Shown here one piece after another: positions 62,912 through 64,000 of a stretch of 64,000 nt of DNA. A model generated the notes under the pieces. It did not search any database. It had not been told where the DNA came from and worked only from the letters and a program-made list of their open reading frames with translations. Source of the DNA: Paludibacter sp. (GTDB taxonomy: Bacteria; Bacteroidota; Bacteroidia; Bacteroidales; Paludibacteraceae); the NCBI GenBank assembly GCA_028710415.1, contig JAQTUE010000023.1, positions 29,468-93,467 of the forward strand, given 5' to 3'. Position 1 is the stretch's first letter; each line of letters starts with the position of its first letter. A program made the position numbers and the translations under genes.

Positions 62912-64000
62912 TCAATCTAAATTTGTCAATTTTAAAAAATCACGAAGTTGTAGATGTTTAATTCCTTCGTTATCACTTTCTCTATAAAATTCATCTAAAC
63001 TAACAACATACTTTGGATAATTATCCTGGATTGAACTAAGATTACCAAATTCTCTTTTTATGGTATTCTCATCGGTTAATAAGTAAGTTACTTGAATATA
63101 AATACGTTTACCTTGTTTAATTCCAACAAAATCAATTTCAAGTTTATCTTTTTTACCAACAAAAACATCATATTGCAATCCTCTCAAATGAAGATAAACT
63201 GCATTTTCCATCAATTTGTGTATATCCCGTTGCAAACTAAATCCTGTCTGACTGTTTCGCAAACCAATATCTTCAAAAAAGTATTTTTCTCCAATTTCAA
63301 ATTTCTTTAATCCATTAATGTCGATGCGATTTACTTTATTTACAATATAAGCATTACTCAACATTTTTAAGTAATTAATAACTTGATTTGTAGATATCTC
63401 TGTACGTTGAGACTTTAGATATTTACTAATATTATTTGAAGAAAACAAGCTTCCAATATTATCAGCTGTATAATGCAATAATGTTTCTAAAAAATCTACA
63501 TTTCGTATATTTTCACGCTGAACTACATCTCTAAGTAGTATGGTAGAATACACATTTCTTAAATATTCAAAAACAAATTCATCAGTAAGTGACAGATTTG
63601 ACAAGTAAGGTAAACCTCCATATGTCAGATATAACATTAAGCTTTGATTATTATCTTCCAGTTTATGAAAAACAAGAAATTCAGAATAATTCAAGCTATG
63701 AATATTAAATTCTATATATCTACCGGCCAAATAAGTTGACAACTCACTTGAAAGCATTTTAGCATTACTCCCTGTTACAAAAATATCACAAGTGTTTTTG
63801 GACTGTAAACTACGTAATACATGTTCAAAACCGACTATATCCTGAACTTCGTCAATAAAAAGGTAATTTTCTTTTTCACTTATGAATTTATCATGAAGAT
63901 AGTTAAACAAATCATCTTCATTTTTAAGATGTCGAAACTCTTCATATTCTAAATTTATAAAAATGATATTCGCCTCAGGATTTGATTTTTTTATATCGTT
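62912..64000 (-). CDS. AAA-family ATP-binding protein with DUF4143-like C-terminus; 5' end lies outside the window
   Basis: Frame is open to the window edge; YLFIDEVQ, VTGSNAKML, YGGLP, KYFFEDIGLR, LEIDFV. Confidence 0.88.
   Translation of the reverse strand, partial: NDIKKSNPEANIIFINLEYEEFRHLKNEDDLFNYLHDKFISEKENYLFIDEVQDIVGFEHVLRSLQSKNTCDIFVTGSNAKMLSSELSTYLAGRYIEFNIHSLNYSEFLVFHKLEDNNQSLMLYLTYGGLPYLSNLSLTDEFVFEYLRNVYSTILLRDVVQRENIRNVDFLETLLHYTADNIGSLFSSNNISKYLKSQRTEISTNQVINYLKMLSNAYIVNKVNRIDINGLKKFEIGEKYFFEDIGLRNSQTGFSLQRDIHKLMENAVYLHLRGLQYDVFVGKKDKLEIDFVGIKQGKRIYIQVTYLLTDENTIKREFGNLSSIQDNYPKYVVSLDEFYRESDNEGIKHLQLRDFLKLTNLD

Noticed and set aside
62912-64000. Possible defence island suggested by the very AT-rich AAA/DUF4143 gene
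   Set aside because: The gene is truncated by the window edge, the family is widespread in Bacteroidales, and no partner genes are visible.

Overview
AT-rich window from a Bacteroidota chromosome, probably an anaerobic Bacteroidales close to Paludibacter. This is inferred from the Bacteroidetes-type primary sigma factor, the TAnnTTTG promoter boxes and the gene content. Core genes are acnA-gltA-icd, rpoD, degP, eno and mutS2. Accessory content includes two CDF-type transporters, a LytS/LytTR two-component system, ETF-QO plus a fused EtfB-EtfA, two RND efflux systems (one a copper-type Cus cluster) and two frameshifted genes (hicB-like and DUF4140/DUF4139). Best leads: (1) an uncharacterised six-gene operon (PqqD/RRE, ATP-grasp ligase, PLP decarboxylase, urea-transporter/M23 fusion, TPR/beta-barrel protein, TPR protein). 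It has no free precursor peptide, but the decarboxylase carries a YxxP leader-like N-terminus, and its promoter shares 21-bp-spaced repeats with the gene upstream of the two-component system. (2) Three tandem paralogous 33-aa membrane peptides missed by the ORF track, with their own promoter box and terminator. (3) A four-helix-bundle gene inside the TCA operon, bracketed by mutually inverted 9-mer arrays, with similar arrays starting at stop codons elsewhere. (4) Several dispersed palindromic repeat families, some inside coding sequences, and a weak hammerhead-like motif. No rRNA, tRNA, CRISPR array or transposase was recognised. All family assignments come from motif recognition by eye, not from database searches.
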